Assembly (NCBI GenBank): GCA_018303845.1
Contig: JAGVXH010000004.1
Span: forward strand, 197,165-261,164
Reading direction: 5' to 3'
From: Candidatus Pacearchaeota archaeon
Lineage (GTDB): Archaea > Nanobdellota > Nanobdellia > Pacearchaeales > GW2011-AR1
Length of the DNA stretch: 64,000 nt
Below the pieces are notes generated by a model that made no database searches, was not told where the DNA came from, and saw only the letters and a program-made list of their open reading frames with translations. The position numbers and the translations under genes were made by a program. Position 1 is the stretch's first letter; each line of letters starts with the position of its first letter. Shown in pieces: positions 48,170 to 56,297 of this stretch.

Positions 48170-48609
48170 AGGGCTAAAATGAGAAATACCATAGAGACTA
48201 TGAAAAGTATCATAGAGCTCAATATCACAATTTTATAAAATTTTAATTTTTTATCTTTTTCATTCAAATGTAAAATAAAGCTAAAAAATGCATAAGGATT
48301 ATATCTGGTATATTCCGGCATTTGTTTTGAGATAAAAGGGATTTCGGTCATATCTGTTAACTTATCTAGATATTTATGATTCTTGTTCTTTAAGTGTAAA
48401 TACATCTTAAAATTAAGATTATAAGATAAAAAGAGAAGAGCTATTGCTAATATATTAAAAAATATTTCAAGTAAATAAAAAGTAGACATCTCTCCTTTTA
48501 TCATTCCATAGATTATGGCTCCTTGTATTATTATGAATATCGGTAGGCCAAAAATGATGATTGCTATCAAAAAACCCCTCCACAAAGCATAGTTTTTTTT
48601 ATTCTTCAT
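48166..48609 (-). CDS. 4-TM membrane protein, candidate immunity protein for the RHS C-terminal domain
   Basis: Lies immediately downstream of the RHS ORF and overlaps it. Four hydrophobic segments. Visibly more AT-rich than its neighbours. Confidence 0.5.
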   Translation of the reverse strand: MKNKKNYALWRGFLIAIIIFGLPIFIIIQGAIIYGMIKGEMSTFYLLEIFFNILAIALLFLSYNLNFKMYLHLKNKNHKYLDKLTDMTEIPFISKQMPEYTRYNPYAFFSFILHLNEKDKKLKFYKIVILSSMILFIVSMVFLILAL

Positions 48610-50162
48610 TCTTTAGACTCTCCAAATATTTTATTATTAGAGCTAGTAAATACTGAGTTCATTGAACATGAAGGCTGGTTAGCATTGATGACATTATTTA
48701 AACCAGAAGTACTTTCTAAAGTTGTAGTGGATGTTGTGAGATATGCAGAGGCCGGAACTGGTGCATTAAAATCTGCAGACAAAGTCACTCCGATAGAAAA
48801 TCCACTCCACTCCACCTTATTATTCTTAATAGGGTAACTAAATCCGAAACCCGCACTATATCCTTCACCGAAATCTACACCACCTTCAGCAGTATCGCCC
48901 TGGAAATCCGCAATATTTGACCTAAAAGGAACAATACCGAATTCAGTACCAACACTTGTTGTTGGAGTCATTAAGCCAATACCTTCTCTATTGTAATTGT
49001 CAAACTCGAGTCCATTAGAGAAACTAATACTTGCAACTCTACCCCCAGCTCCAGAAACACCTGCTCCAGATCCAGCAGCGCCTTGTCCTCCCCAGTACAC
49101 CAAGACATGCCCCGAAGGATCAGTATAACTATAAGGATTCCCCTTCTCAAACATATACCTATTCAACTGCTGAGGATCATAAACATCAGGTAACATACTA
49201 TCAGCCTGAACAAAAATTCGCTTCGAGGGATCATAATACCTAAACCCATAATAATAAAGCCCAGTCTCATCCAACTCTTTATTTTCATAAAGCTTCTTAT
49301 CTGATTCTCCACCTTCCAAAACCCCACCAAACGGCAAATAACTAGTATCTTCAACAACCTCCCCACTTTCATCCGTAATCAAACTCGTACTCCCTAAATG
49401 GTCACTATGATAAAACCACTTACTACCATCTGGATTTATCCTAGCAACCAAAACATCTCCATCATAAACATAACTAAAATTAAACCTCCCGCTCTCATTA
49501 ACAATAACCATCACTTCTTTAAACGGCGTATACACAGTCTCATTCTTCACCATATTGTAAGTCTTAACTCTCACCCCCAAATGATCGTAACTATACTCTT
49601 CTAAAATATCACCACTTATATTATTACCGCTTCTAACCCGAACCAACTGCCCAAACTCATTCCACTCCCGATAATAACCATCTCCAGTCACCAAATTACC
49701 TCCTCCAAAAGTATGATTAACCAAATTCCCATTTCCATCATAACTAAAATTCACCCAACCAACATCAGGACTCTTCTCAGCTATCTTCCTTCCAAGAGAA
49801 TCAAACTCAAAAACCCAATCATTCCCCAAATCGTCCTCAATCCCAACCAAATTCCCAAGCGAATCATAACTATAAGAAGTAGTATAAGTCTCGTTATCAT
49901 TATACTCTCTAACCCCTAACACCTCTCCCCTAACACCTAGCGTTCGGTCAACCCGATTCCCATTCTCATCAAACAAACTAGCATCAAGCCCAGAATAATT
50001 AAAATTCTTTGACGTATTGTCTTGATTGGTTATCTTAGTAACCCTGTCAAGAATATCATACCCCACCTCAAAACAAAAAATTTGTGAGCATTCGTGTAAT
50101 TCGTGGATAAAAACCAACCTACCCAAAAACCAACCGTTTAAACTCAGGCTTCGCTCCACCAA
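48606..50162 (-). CDS. RHS/YD-repeat polymorphic-toxin fragment (5'-truncated, possibly a pseudogene) with unclassified Gly-rich C-terminal domain
   Basis: YD repeats (YSYDSLGNLVGIED, FEFDSLGRKIAE, FSYDGNGNLVNH, YSYDHLGVRV). RHS core end GLYYYGFRYYDPSKRIFVQADSMLP...YTDPSGH. Then about 190 aa of Gly-rich tail. The first about 30 codons read through the GxxExxY 3' end and repeat copy e. The start codon is TTG, and there is no ATG until about codon 205. Confidence 0.75.
   Translation of the reverse strand: MVERSLSLNGWFLGRLVFIHELHECSQIFCFEVGYDILDRVTKITNQDNTSKNFNYSGLDASLFDENGNRVDRTLGVRGEVLGVREYNDNETYTTSYSYDSLGNLVGIEDDLGNDWVFEFDSLGRKIAEKSPDVGWVNFSYDGNGNLVNHTFGGGNLVTGDGYYREWNEFGQLVRVRSGNNISGDILEEYSYDHLGVRVKTYNMVKNETVYTPFKEVMVIVNESGRFNFSYVYDGDVLVARINPDGSKWFYHSDHLGSTSLITDESGEVVEDTSYLPFGGVLEGGESDKKLYENKELDETGLYYYGFRYYDPSKRIFVQADSMLPDVYDPQQLNRYMFEKGNPYSYTDPSGHVLVYWGGQGAAGSGAGVSGAGGRVASISFSNGLEFDNYNREGIGLMTPTTSVGTEFGIVPFRSNIADFQGDTAEGGVDFGEGYSAGFGFSYPIKNNKVEWSGFSIGVTLSADFNAPVPASAYLTTSTTTLESTSGLNNVINANQPSCSMNSVFTSSNNKIFGESKE
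50081..50110 (+). repeat. triple repeat family, copy e (tttgtgagcattcgtgtaattcgtggataa)
   Basis: Lies 8 nt downstream of the GxxExxY stop codon. It contains AATTCGTGGATAA (50098-50110), identical to 50540-50552. Confidence 0.85.
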
Positions 50163-50481
50163 AATTAAAAATCAACCCAACCCTTTTTCCAGTCCCCCTC
50201 AAATAATTCAAAAGCTGAGCCTCATCAACCCCGTTCAAATTACTCTTAGCCTTAATTTCAACCACAACATTTCCCACGATAAAATCCGCAACATAGTCTC
50301 CAACCACCTTACTCTTGTAACAAACCTCAATAGGGACTTGGCTTCCAAAACCAATTCCCAAACTAGAAAATTCAACTTTCATAGCATTCTCATAAACCTT
50401 CTCTAAAAACCCAGACCCAACAACATTATAGACCTCATAATAAGCTCCGATAATATCCTTGGTGCCATCATCAAACTCCAT
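50119..50481 (-). CDS. GxxExxY protein (PD-(D/E)XK nuclease-superfamily small protein)
   Basis: KDIIGAYYEVYNVVGSGFLEKVYENAM (the G-x-x-E-x-x-Y signature), then DFIVGNVVVEIKA (D...E.K nuclease-like core) and QLLNYL. The first ATG gives MEFDDGTK. Confidence 0.85.
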   Translation of the reverse strand: MEFDDGTKDIIGAYYEVYNVVGSGFLEKVYENAMKVEFSSLGIGFGSQVPIEVCYKSKVVGDYVADFIVGNVVVEIKAKSNLNGVDEAQLLNYLRGTGKRVGLIFNFGGAKPEFKRLVFG

Positions 50482-50520
50482 AAAAATCAAAACACTTTGC
50501 AACTAATAAGCCTTATTGAA

Positions 50521-50552
50521 AATTCGTGACCATCCGCACAATTCGTGGATAA
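50521..50552 (+). repeat. triple repeat family, copy f (aattcgtgaccatccgcacaattcgtggataa)
   Basis: Lies 40-70 nt upstream of the GxxExxY start. It contains the second copy of AATTCGTGGATAA. Its GTG is the spurious ORF-track start of hydB. Confidence 0.85.
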
Positions 50553-50616
50553 TATTTTATCATCCCTCCCCAAAAACCTTATAACCAACCCCAACCTAAA
50601 AACAAAGAGGTGCCCA

Positions 50617-51561
50617 ATGCAAAAGATAATCCCTAAATCAGATTTCCCAAAATTCATAAACAACCTAATAAAATCAAACCTCGTCATAGCCCCAATATTC
50701 GCCCCCGACACAAAATTCCAAAAAGTAAAATCCTTCGACGAAATATATCTAGACAAAATAACTTGGATTCCAGCAAAACAACATTTCCAACCAGAGCAAG
50801 AAACCCTCCTAGAATTCAAGAAAAACAAGCCAACAGAACTAGAAGGACAGATCCCAAAAACAATCCTCTTCGGACTAAGGAAGTGCGACCTGAACGCAAT
50901 CCAAGTTCTAGACAAAGTAATGTATGATAAACAGTATCTAGCAAAAAGAAAAAACACTGTCCTAATAGGCATCCACTGCGAAACTCGGGACAAATTCTGT
51001 TTCTGCAATTCAATGGAGCTCCAAAACTTCCACGACCTCTACATATTCCCAAAAGGAAAAAACTACATAATAGACGTCCAAGGAGAAAAGGGAAAAGCCC
51101 TAGTAGAAAATCTTCAAACACTAGAAAAAGAACTTCCAATTCCAATTCCAAAGAACTCAAAAAAATTAAAAAATCTTAACATAGCAAAAAATTACAAAGA
51201 TTCAATCTGGGAAGCTGACACCTCCAACTGTTTATCTTGCTCAGCCTGCACCGTATACTGTCCAACCTGCAACTGTTTCGACATCAAAGATAACCTTAAC
51301 ATCGACCTAAAATCAGGAACAAGAACTCGTAGCTCCTCATCTTGCCAACTAAAATCCTTCTCCAAAGTCGCCGGAGGAAAGTCCTACAGAGACTCCCGCC
51401 TCTCCCGTTTCAAACATTTCGTCTACCACAAAATCTCATATTTCAAATCCCAACACGGTCGCCCAATGTGTGTCGGATGTGGAAGATGTCTTCGAGTCTG
51501 CCCAACAAAAATCGACTGGGTCAAAACAATAAATAAACTGCCAAAAAAGAAGAATGGATGA
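50617..51561 (+). CDS. hydB: sulfhydrogenase beta-type subunit (4Fe-4S ferredoxin-domain protein)
   Basis: ATG 50617 is preceded by agaggtg. Two ferredoxin-type cluster motifs, CLSCSACTVYCPTCNC and CVGCGRCLRVCP. It sits upstream of the gamma, delta and alpha subunits, as in Pyrococcus hydBGDA. Confidence 0.78.
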   Translation: MQKIIPKSDFPKFINNLIKSNLVIAPIFAPDTKFQKVKSFDEIYLDKITWIPAKQHFQPEQETLLEFKKNKPTELEGQIPKTILFGLRKCDLNAIQVLDKVMYDKQYLAKRKNTVLIGIHCETRDKFCFCNSMELQNFHDLYIFPKGKNYIIDVQGEKGKALVENLQTLEKELPIPIPKNSKKLKNLNIAKNYKDSIWEADTSNCLSCSACTVYCPTCNCFDIKDNLNIDLKSGTRTRSSSSCQLKSFSKVAGGKSYRDSRLSRFKHFVYHKISYFKSQHGRPMCVGCGRCLRVCPTKIDWVKTINKLPKKKNG

Positions 51562-52321
51562 AAAAATAAAAAACATAGTAGAAAAATTCCTTAAAAGTTG
51601 GAAAGAATTAGATAAAGTAAGTGCAGTAATTATTTGCGGAAGTTATGTAACGGGAAACCCAACAAAACATTCCGACATAGACGTCCAAATAATTCTTAAA
51701 AATGGAACAAAATGGAGAGAAAGAGGAAATAAAATAATAGATGGAATACTTTTAGAATATTTTGCAAATCCGAAAAGTGAAATATTGAGGTCTATGGAAA
51801 AAGAATTCTTAGAAAGAGATAGGGCTACTGCACATATGTTTTTTACAGGGGAAATTATAATGGATAAATTTAGCGAAGCAAAAGAATTAAAAAAATTGTC
51901 AAAAAAATATTTATCAAAAAATTATAAGTCAACAAATAAAGTAAAAATAGGTTCGGAGAAGTATTCATTATGGGATATGCAAGATAATTTAGAGGAAGTC
52001 TATGAAAAACAATTAGGAGATTTTAGATTTGTTTATTATAACTATATGTCAAATATTTTTTCAAATTATTGCGAATATATCGGATTCCCAGAAGTGCCAA
52101 ATAATAAAATTCTAAGATTTTTAACGGATAAAAATGATAGAAAAAAATATATAATTCCAGAATTTCCAGACAAGAAATTCATAAAAATATTTTCTAAGAT
52201 GATAAAATTAAAAGAAGAAGAGAAGATGGTGAATGAATATAAAAAAATAACAAAACATGTCATAGGTAAAATGGGGGGCTTCTCAATAAATGATTTTAAG
52301 CAGAGGTTGAAAATAAAATGA
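51554..52321 (+). CDS. Pol-beta-superfamily nucleotidyltransferase (KNTase-like), inserted within the hydrogenase operon
   Basis: SAVIICGSYVTGNPTKHSDIDVQII (G-S ... D-x-D NTase motif) plus a helical C-terminal half. 8-nt overlap with the hydB stop. Confidence 0.72.
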   Translation: MDEKIKNIVEKFLKSWKELDKVSAVIICGSYVTGNPTKHSDIDVQIILKNGTKWRERGNKIIDGILLEYFANPKSEILRSMEKEFLERDRATAHMFFTGEIIMDKFSEAKELKKLSKKYLSKNYKSTNKVKIGSEKYSLWDMQDNLEEVYEKQLGDFRFVYYNYMSNIFSNYCEYIGFPEVPNNKILRFLTDKNDRKKYIIPEFPDKKFIKIFSKMIKLKEEEKMVNEYKKITKHVIGKMGGFSINDFKQRLKIK

Positions 52322-52326
52322 AAAAT

Positions 52327-52356
52327 AAATTCGTATGCATTCACGTAAATTCGCGG
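52327..52356 (+). repeat. triple repeat family, copy g (aaattcgtatgcattcacgtaaattcgcgg)
   Basis: Three ATTCRYG-type units 6 nt after the NTase stop. Confidence 0.7.
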
Positions 52357-52387
52357 AAAGAAAAGAAAAATCCGAGACTAAATTATT

Positions 52388-52433
52388 CCAAACCCCCAAA
52401 CCCCCAAACCCCCAAACCCCCAAAATCGGAGGG
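52388..52433 (+). repeat. (CCCCCAAA)4 element, copy 3, ending in aaaatcggaggg
   Basis: cc(aaaccccc)x4 then aaaatcggaggg. The GGAGG lies 7 nt before the hydG ATG. Confidence 0.95.
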
Positions 52434-52439
52434 ACCCAA

Positions 52440-53243
52440 ATGAGCTATCTCCCTATTCCCCACAAAATAGAATCCATAAAATCCTACACCCCAGATGTAA
52501 AACTCTTCCGCATTAAATCCAATCTAAATCCTGCTCCAGGAACTTTCTTAGAAGTCTCAATTCCAGGAATCGGAGAATGTCCCTTGGCGTCATGCTCTCA
52601 TAATAAAGGATACATAGAACTCCTAACAAAAAACGCTGGCAATGTAACTCAAGCAATCTTCAACCTAAAAAAAGGCGACACAATCTTAATTCGAGGGCCC
52701 CACGGTCACGGCTTCCCCTTAGAAGAATTAAAAAACAAAAACCTAATCCTAATCGCAGGCGGAACAGGAATAGCCCCAATAACTTCCATGATAAATTACA
52801 TCGAACAAAACAAATCCCAATTCAAAAAAATATTCATCTACTTCGGCTTCCGCGACGAACAAAACATTCTCCTTAAAGAAAGAATAAAAAAATGGGAGAG
52901 TGTATTCCATCTACACATAGGCCTATCAAATGATCCAAATAATCATGACTACGAAAAAGGCTTCATTAATCAAATCATAGAACATCACAAACCTTCCGTC
53001 CAAGACACCGTAGCCCTTCTTTGCGGTCCAGAAATAATGATGGACTGTGCAACAAAAGAATTGAATTTTCTAGGAATCCCAAATTCACAAATCTATTGGT
53101 CGTTAGAGCGAAGAATGGAATGTGCCTTCGGCTCCTGCGGCAGGTGCCAAATCCAAGACCTCTACGTCTGCAAAGACGGACCCATATTCCAATATTCAAA
53201 AATTAAATCTAGGTTAGACAATGAAAATTCAAGCCAAGCCTAA
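52440..53243 (+). CDS. hydG: sulfhydrogenase gamma-type subunit (FAD/NAD(P)-binding, C-terminal 2Fe-2S)
   Basis: Ferredoxin-reductase-type fold (LIAGGTGIAPITSMI). C-terminus CAFGSCGRCQ...YVCKDGP. ATG 52440 is chosen because the ORF-track N-terminus is translated repeat sequence. Confidence 0.8.
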   Translation: MSYLPIPHKIESIKSYTPDVKLFRIKSNLNPAPGTFLEVSIPGIGECPLASCSHNKGYIELLTKNAGNVTQAIFNLKKGDTILIRGPHGHGFPLEELKNKNLILIAGGTGIAPITSMINYIEQNKSQFKKIFIYFGFRDEQNILLKERIKKWESVFHLHIGLSNDPNNHDYEKGFINQIIEHHKPSVQDTVALLCGPEIMMDCATKELNFLGIPNSQIYWSLERRMECAFGSCGRCQIQDLYVCKDGPIFQYSKIKSRLDNENSSQA

Positions 53244-53997
53244 AGTCGGTTTCTACGGAATCTCGGGTTGCTCAGGTTGCCTACTAACCGTTCTCTACGA
53301 AGATTGCTTCCTAGAACTGCTAAACTTAGTAGACATAAAATCCTTCCCTTTCATAAAAGAAAACAACTATGAAGGAAAGCTAGATTATTGTTTTATAGAA
53401 GGAACAGTTTGCTTCGACGAAGATATCCTAACAATAAACAAATTAAGAGAACGTTCAAATAAAATAATAGCCCTAGGTTCCTGTGCCTGCTTCGGTTGTG
53501 TCCCATCAATGGGAAACTTTCGAAACAAAGAAAAAATAATGAGCTTTGTCTATCCAAAGCACAACCACCTAAAAGAAACCCCACCAACTCCAATCAATCG
53601 CCATATCAAAGTAGACTACCACATTCCACAATGTCCGCCAGACAAAAAAGAAATTCTAGAATTCATAAAATGCATATTAACAGAAAGGGAATTCAACCCC
53701 ACAAAAAACCCAGTCTGTTTCGAATGCAGAAAAAAAGGAAATCATTGTTTACTTGAAGACAATAAAATTTGTTTAGGACCAGTAACTTCAGGTGGTTGCA
53801 ACGCCCTTTGCCCAACCAACAAAACAGTCTGTTACGGATGTCGAGGACCAAATCCAGATGCGAATTACGAAGCCTTTTTCAAAATGTTAAAAAAGTCAAA
53901 GCATACCAACAAAGAAATAAAAGACAAACTCGAAACATTTGCAGGATTAGCATTTAAAGAAAAAGAAGGAGATTCAAGTAAATGGCTAGAGAAATAA
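53221..53997 (+). CDS. hydD: [NiFe] hydrogenase small (delta-type) subunit
   Basis: KVGFYGISGCSGCLLTVL and later GSCACFGC. Further Cys clusters (CFECRKKGNHC, GGCNALCP, CYGCRGP). Confidence 0.85.
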   Translation: MKIQAKPKVGFYGISGCSGCLLTVLYEDCFLELLNLVDIKSFPFIKENNYEGKLDYCFIEGTVCFDEDILTINKLRERSNKIIALGSCACFGCVPSMGNFRNKEKIMSFVYPKHNHLKETPPTPINRHIKVDYHIPQCPPDKKEILEFIKCILTEREFNPTKNPVCFECRKKGNHCLLEDNKICLGPVTSGGCNALCPTNKTVCYGCRGPNPDANYEAFFKMLKKSKHTNKEIKDKLETFAGLAFKEKEGDSSKWLEK

Positions 53998-55262
53998 ACC
54001 TTAACCACATTTGTAAAATAGAAGGGCACGCAAGTTTAAATTTAAAGATAGAAAAAAATAGAGTCATAAAATGCGAACTTAAAGCTTCAGAAGGAGCAAG
54101 ATTCTTCGAAGCGTTAGTCCTCGGAAGAAACATCGAAGACATTCAAGAAATCGTCTCCAGAATTTGCGGCATCTGTTCCTGCTCTCATTCAGTCGCCTCA
54201 GTCCAAGGGTTAGAAGAGGCTTTAGGCATTAAACCTTCAGAGCAACAAAAATTCATAAGAGAAATTCTTCTTCTGGCAGAACGAATCCGAAGTCATGCAA
54301 CACATCTTTATTTCCTTTCTCTTCCAGATTATCTAGGAGCGTCCTCGGCGATAACATTAAAACAAGAACATAAATCAAAAGTTCTAGACGCTCTAAAAAT
54401 AGTGACGCTTGGAAATAAAATAGTAGAAAAATTCGGAGGCAGAGAAATGCACCCATTTTTAAAAATCCAAGAAGAGTTAAGAAAGGAAAACTTCGAAGAA
54501 TTAATCGCTCAATTAAAAGAAACAAAACCCCTAATCCTAAAAACAATAGAACTCTTTAATAATTTAGACTATCAAAAATTAGAAAGAAAATCAGAATATC
54601 TTTCTTTAAACGAAAAAGACAAATATGCCAACGTCTCAGGAAAAATCTATGCTGGAAAAGAAACCTTCGTAGATGACGACTATAAAACTCATCTTGCCGA
54701 AAATATCAAAGAATACGCAACGTCAAAATTCGTCCTTCATAACAAACACACATTTTCAGTAGGTGCAACTGCCAGGATTTCGAATAACCACAATCAACTA
54801 GATTTAGAAACAAAAAAAGAATTATCAAAAACAAAAATAACTTTCCCCATAACAAACCCACATCACAACTTAATCTGCCAAGCCTTAGAAATATTAAATG
54901 CAGTCAGCAGAATAACAGAATTGCTTCAGTCGCCCCCAACCCCCCAAACTTCAAACCCCCAAACCCCCAAACTTCCAAACCACCAAAACGGGACAGGAGT
55001 TTCCGCTGTTGAAGCCCCACGTGGCACTCTCTTTCACGAATACAAAATAAACAAATCTGGAATAATAGAATATTGCAACATAATAACTCCAACGGCGCAA
55101 AATCTCAATATAATGGAATCCGACATAACTCTTCTAGTAAACATTCTACTAGAACAAAAGACTTCACAAAAAGAAATCGTAGAACAAATAGAAAAATTAA
55201 TCCGTTCCTACGACCCATGTTTTAGTTGCTCAACACATTTTCTAAAAGTCAACTGGATATAA
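53982..55262 (+). CDS. hydA: [NiFe] hydrogenase large (alpha-type) subunit
   Basis: N-terminal RICGICSCSHS (RxCGxCxxxH). EAPRGTLFHEY. C-terminal DPCFSCSTH (DPCxxCxxH). Contains the repeat-derived insert PPTPQTSNPQTPKLPNHQ. Confidence 0.92.
   Translation: MAREINLNHICKIEGHASLNLKIEKNRVIKCELKASEGARFFEALVLGRNIEDIQEIVSRICGICSCSHSVASVQGLEEALGIKPSEQQKFIREILLLAERIRSHATHLYFLSLPDYLGASSAITLKQEHKSKVLDALKIVTLGNKIVEKFGGREMHPFLKIQEELRKENFEELIAQLKETKPLILKTIELFNNLDYQKLERKSEYLSLNEKDKYANVSGKIYAGKETFVDDDYKTHLAENIKEYATSKFVLHNKHTFSVGATARISNNHNQLDLETKKELSKTKITFPITNPHHNLICQALEILNAVSRITELLQSPPTPQTSNPQTPKLPNHQNGTGVSAVEAPRGTLFHEYKINKSGIIEYCNIITPTAQNLNIMESDITLLVNILLEQKTSQKEIVEQIEKLIRSYDPCFSCSTHFLKVNWI
54933..54993 (+). 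repeat. degenerate (CCCCCAAA)n element inside the hydA CDS
   Basis: cccccaaccccccaaacttcaaacccccaaacccccaaacttccaaaccaccaaaacggga. The tail aaaacggga resembles the aaaatcggaggga tail of copy 3. Confidence 0.8.
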
Positions 55263-55290
55263 TCTGTGTCAATCCGTGTAATCTGTGGCC
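55261..55290 (+). repeat. triple 9-10 nt repeat family, copy h (aatctgtgtcaatccgtgtaatctgtggcc)
   Basis: Lies between convergent hydA and the protease gene. The last codons of the protease ORF (ATDYTD) are read from it. Confidence 0.85.
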
Positions 55291-55637
55291 AATTTATTCT
55301 TTACATCTAACAATATTTTTTCTTTATTCCCAGTTCTAGGCATCCCAATAATCTTAACATCATTCCCCATCAAGCCCAAAACATATCCCGCATCAAAATC
55401 ATGCACCGACAAAATAGAATCAACCTTCAAATCTGTAACATCAATAAAACAAACTTCTTTTAGTCCATCGACAACATCCAAAATAACAAAATCCTCTCCA
55501 GAAGAAACAATGCCCATCAAACCAAAAGAATCCTTAACATTCACAACTTCAAACTCCCCACAAAGCAAAGCCCCAACTTCCTTGGCAAAACAATCCTCCT
55601 CAATAAACTCATTCCCCAAACAAACAATCTTCATCAC
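55269..55637 (-). CDS. hydrogenase maturation endopeptidase (HycI/HybD-like)
   Basis: MKIVCLGNEFIEEDCFA (GN..xxDD/E pattern), about 120 aa, next to hyp genes. The C-terminal residues derive from repeat copy h. Confidence 0.62.
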   Translation of the reverse strand: MMKIVCLGNEFIEEDCFAKEVGALLCGEFEVVNVKDSFGLMGIVSSGEDFVILDVVDGLKEVCFIDVTDLKVDSILSVHDFDAGYVLGLMGNDVKIIGMPRTGNKEKILLDVKNKLATDYTD

Positions 55638-56110
55638 AACTTCCTCACAATATGTCCTCGATGTATCCTAACCTCTTTTCCTTTTTTAATATCGAAACCA
55701 AGATATTCCCCAGACACAGCAGATCTTTCATTACTATATTCTACTACATACTTGTCCCCATCTAATTTTCTTAAAACAACAGCATCGCGGGAAACACATA
55801 ATTTACAAAAAGCTTCAGGGTAAAAAGAATAATCACCTTCCTTTTTATGAATTTTATGATTGTGTTCTCCCATAAAATAACTATCAACAGCTTCTCCATC
55901 AGCGCCATCTACAGAATCAACAACCAGCTTAAAGTGTTTCAGAATTAAATCATCTGGAATCTCATTTTCCCTTCCCAAATAAGAAAGAAGTTCATTATAT
56001 TCTTCTCGACTAACAGTCCCAAGTGAAACCCTATCCTTTACACACGGCATTCCATATCGAAATATTGCTTTCTTATAACTCCAATCTTCCAATTTATCTT
56101 CCAACATCAA
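55634..56110 (-). CDS. hypothetical protein embedded in the hyp cluster
   Basis: 158 aa. Overlaps both hypC (upstream) and the protease gene (downstream). No motif recognised. Confidence 0.45.
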   Translation of the reverse strand: MMLEDKLEDWSYKKAIFRYGMPCVKDRVSLGTVSREEYNELLSYLGRENEIPDDLILKHFKLVVDSVDGADGEAVDSYFMGEHNHKIHKKEGDYSFYPEAFCKLCVSRDAVVLRKLDGDKYVVEYSNERSAVSGEYLGFDIKKGKEVRIHRGHIVRKL

Positions 56111-56297
56111 TCACCTCTAAAAACTTTAATGCCCTCTCCTTATCAACCTTGTTCACAACAATCCCACCTGAAACAATCACAAAATCTCCAACAGCCAAAT
56201 CAATTAAACTCAAGTTCACAATACGTTTCCCACCAGGATACCTTAAAACAATTTTCTCTCCCAATTCAACAACCTCACCAGGCACGCTTAGACACAT
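56094..56297 (-). CDS. hypC: hydrogenase assembly chaperone HypC
   Basis: The ATG start gives MCLSVPGEVVEL, the invariant N-terminal Cys of HypC. About 67 aa. Confidence 0.87.
   Translation of the reverse strand: MCLSVPGEVVELGEKIVLRYPGGKRIVNLSLIDLAVGDFVIVSGGIVVNKVDKERALKFLEVIDVGR

Noticed and set aside
50545-50616. Long N-terminal extensions offered by the ORF track for hydB (GTG 50545) and hydG (ATG 52335)
   Set aside because: The extensions translate repeat copies f/g and the C5A3 element (e.g. QTPKPPNPQTPK). Internal ATGs at 50617 and 52440 have GGAGG-type ribosome-binding sites and give N-termini typical of the families.
37461-54993. Resemblance of (TTTGGGGG)n to ciliate-type telomeric repeats
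   Set aside because: There are only four units per copy, all at internal positions, and two copies lie inside conserved genes. The context is an archaeal chromosome, and nothing suggests a linear replicon end.
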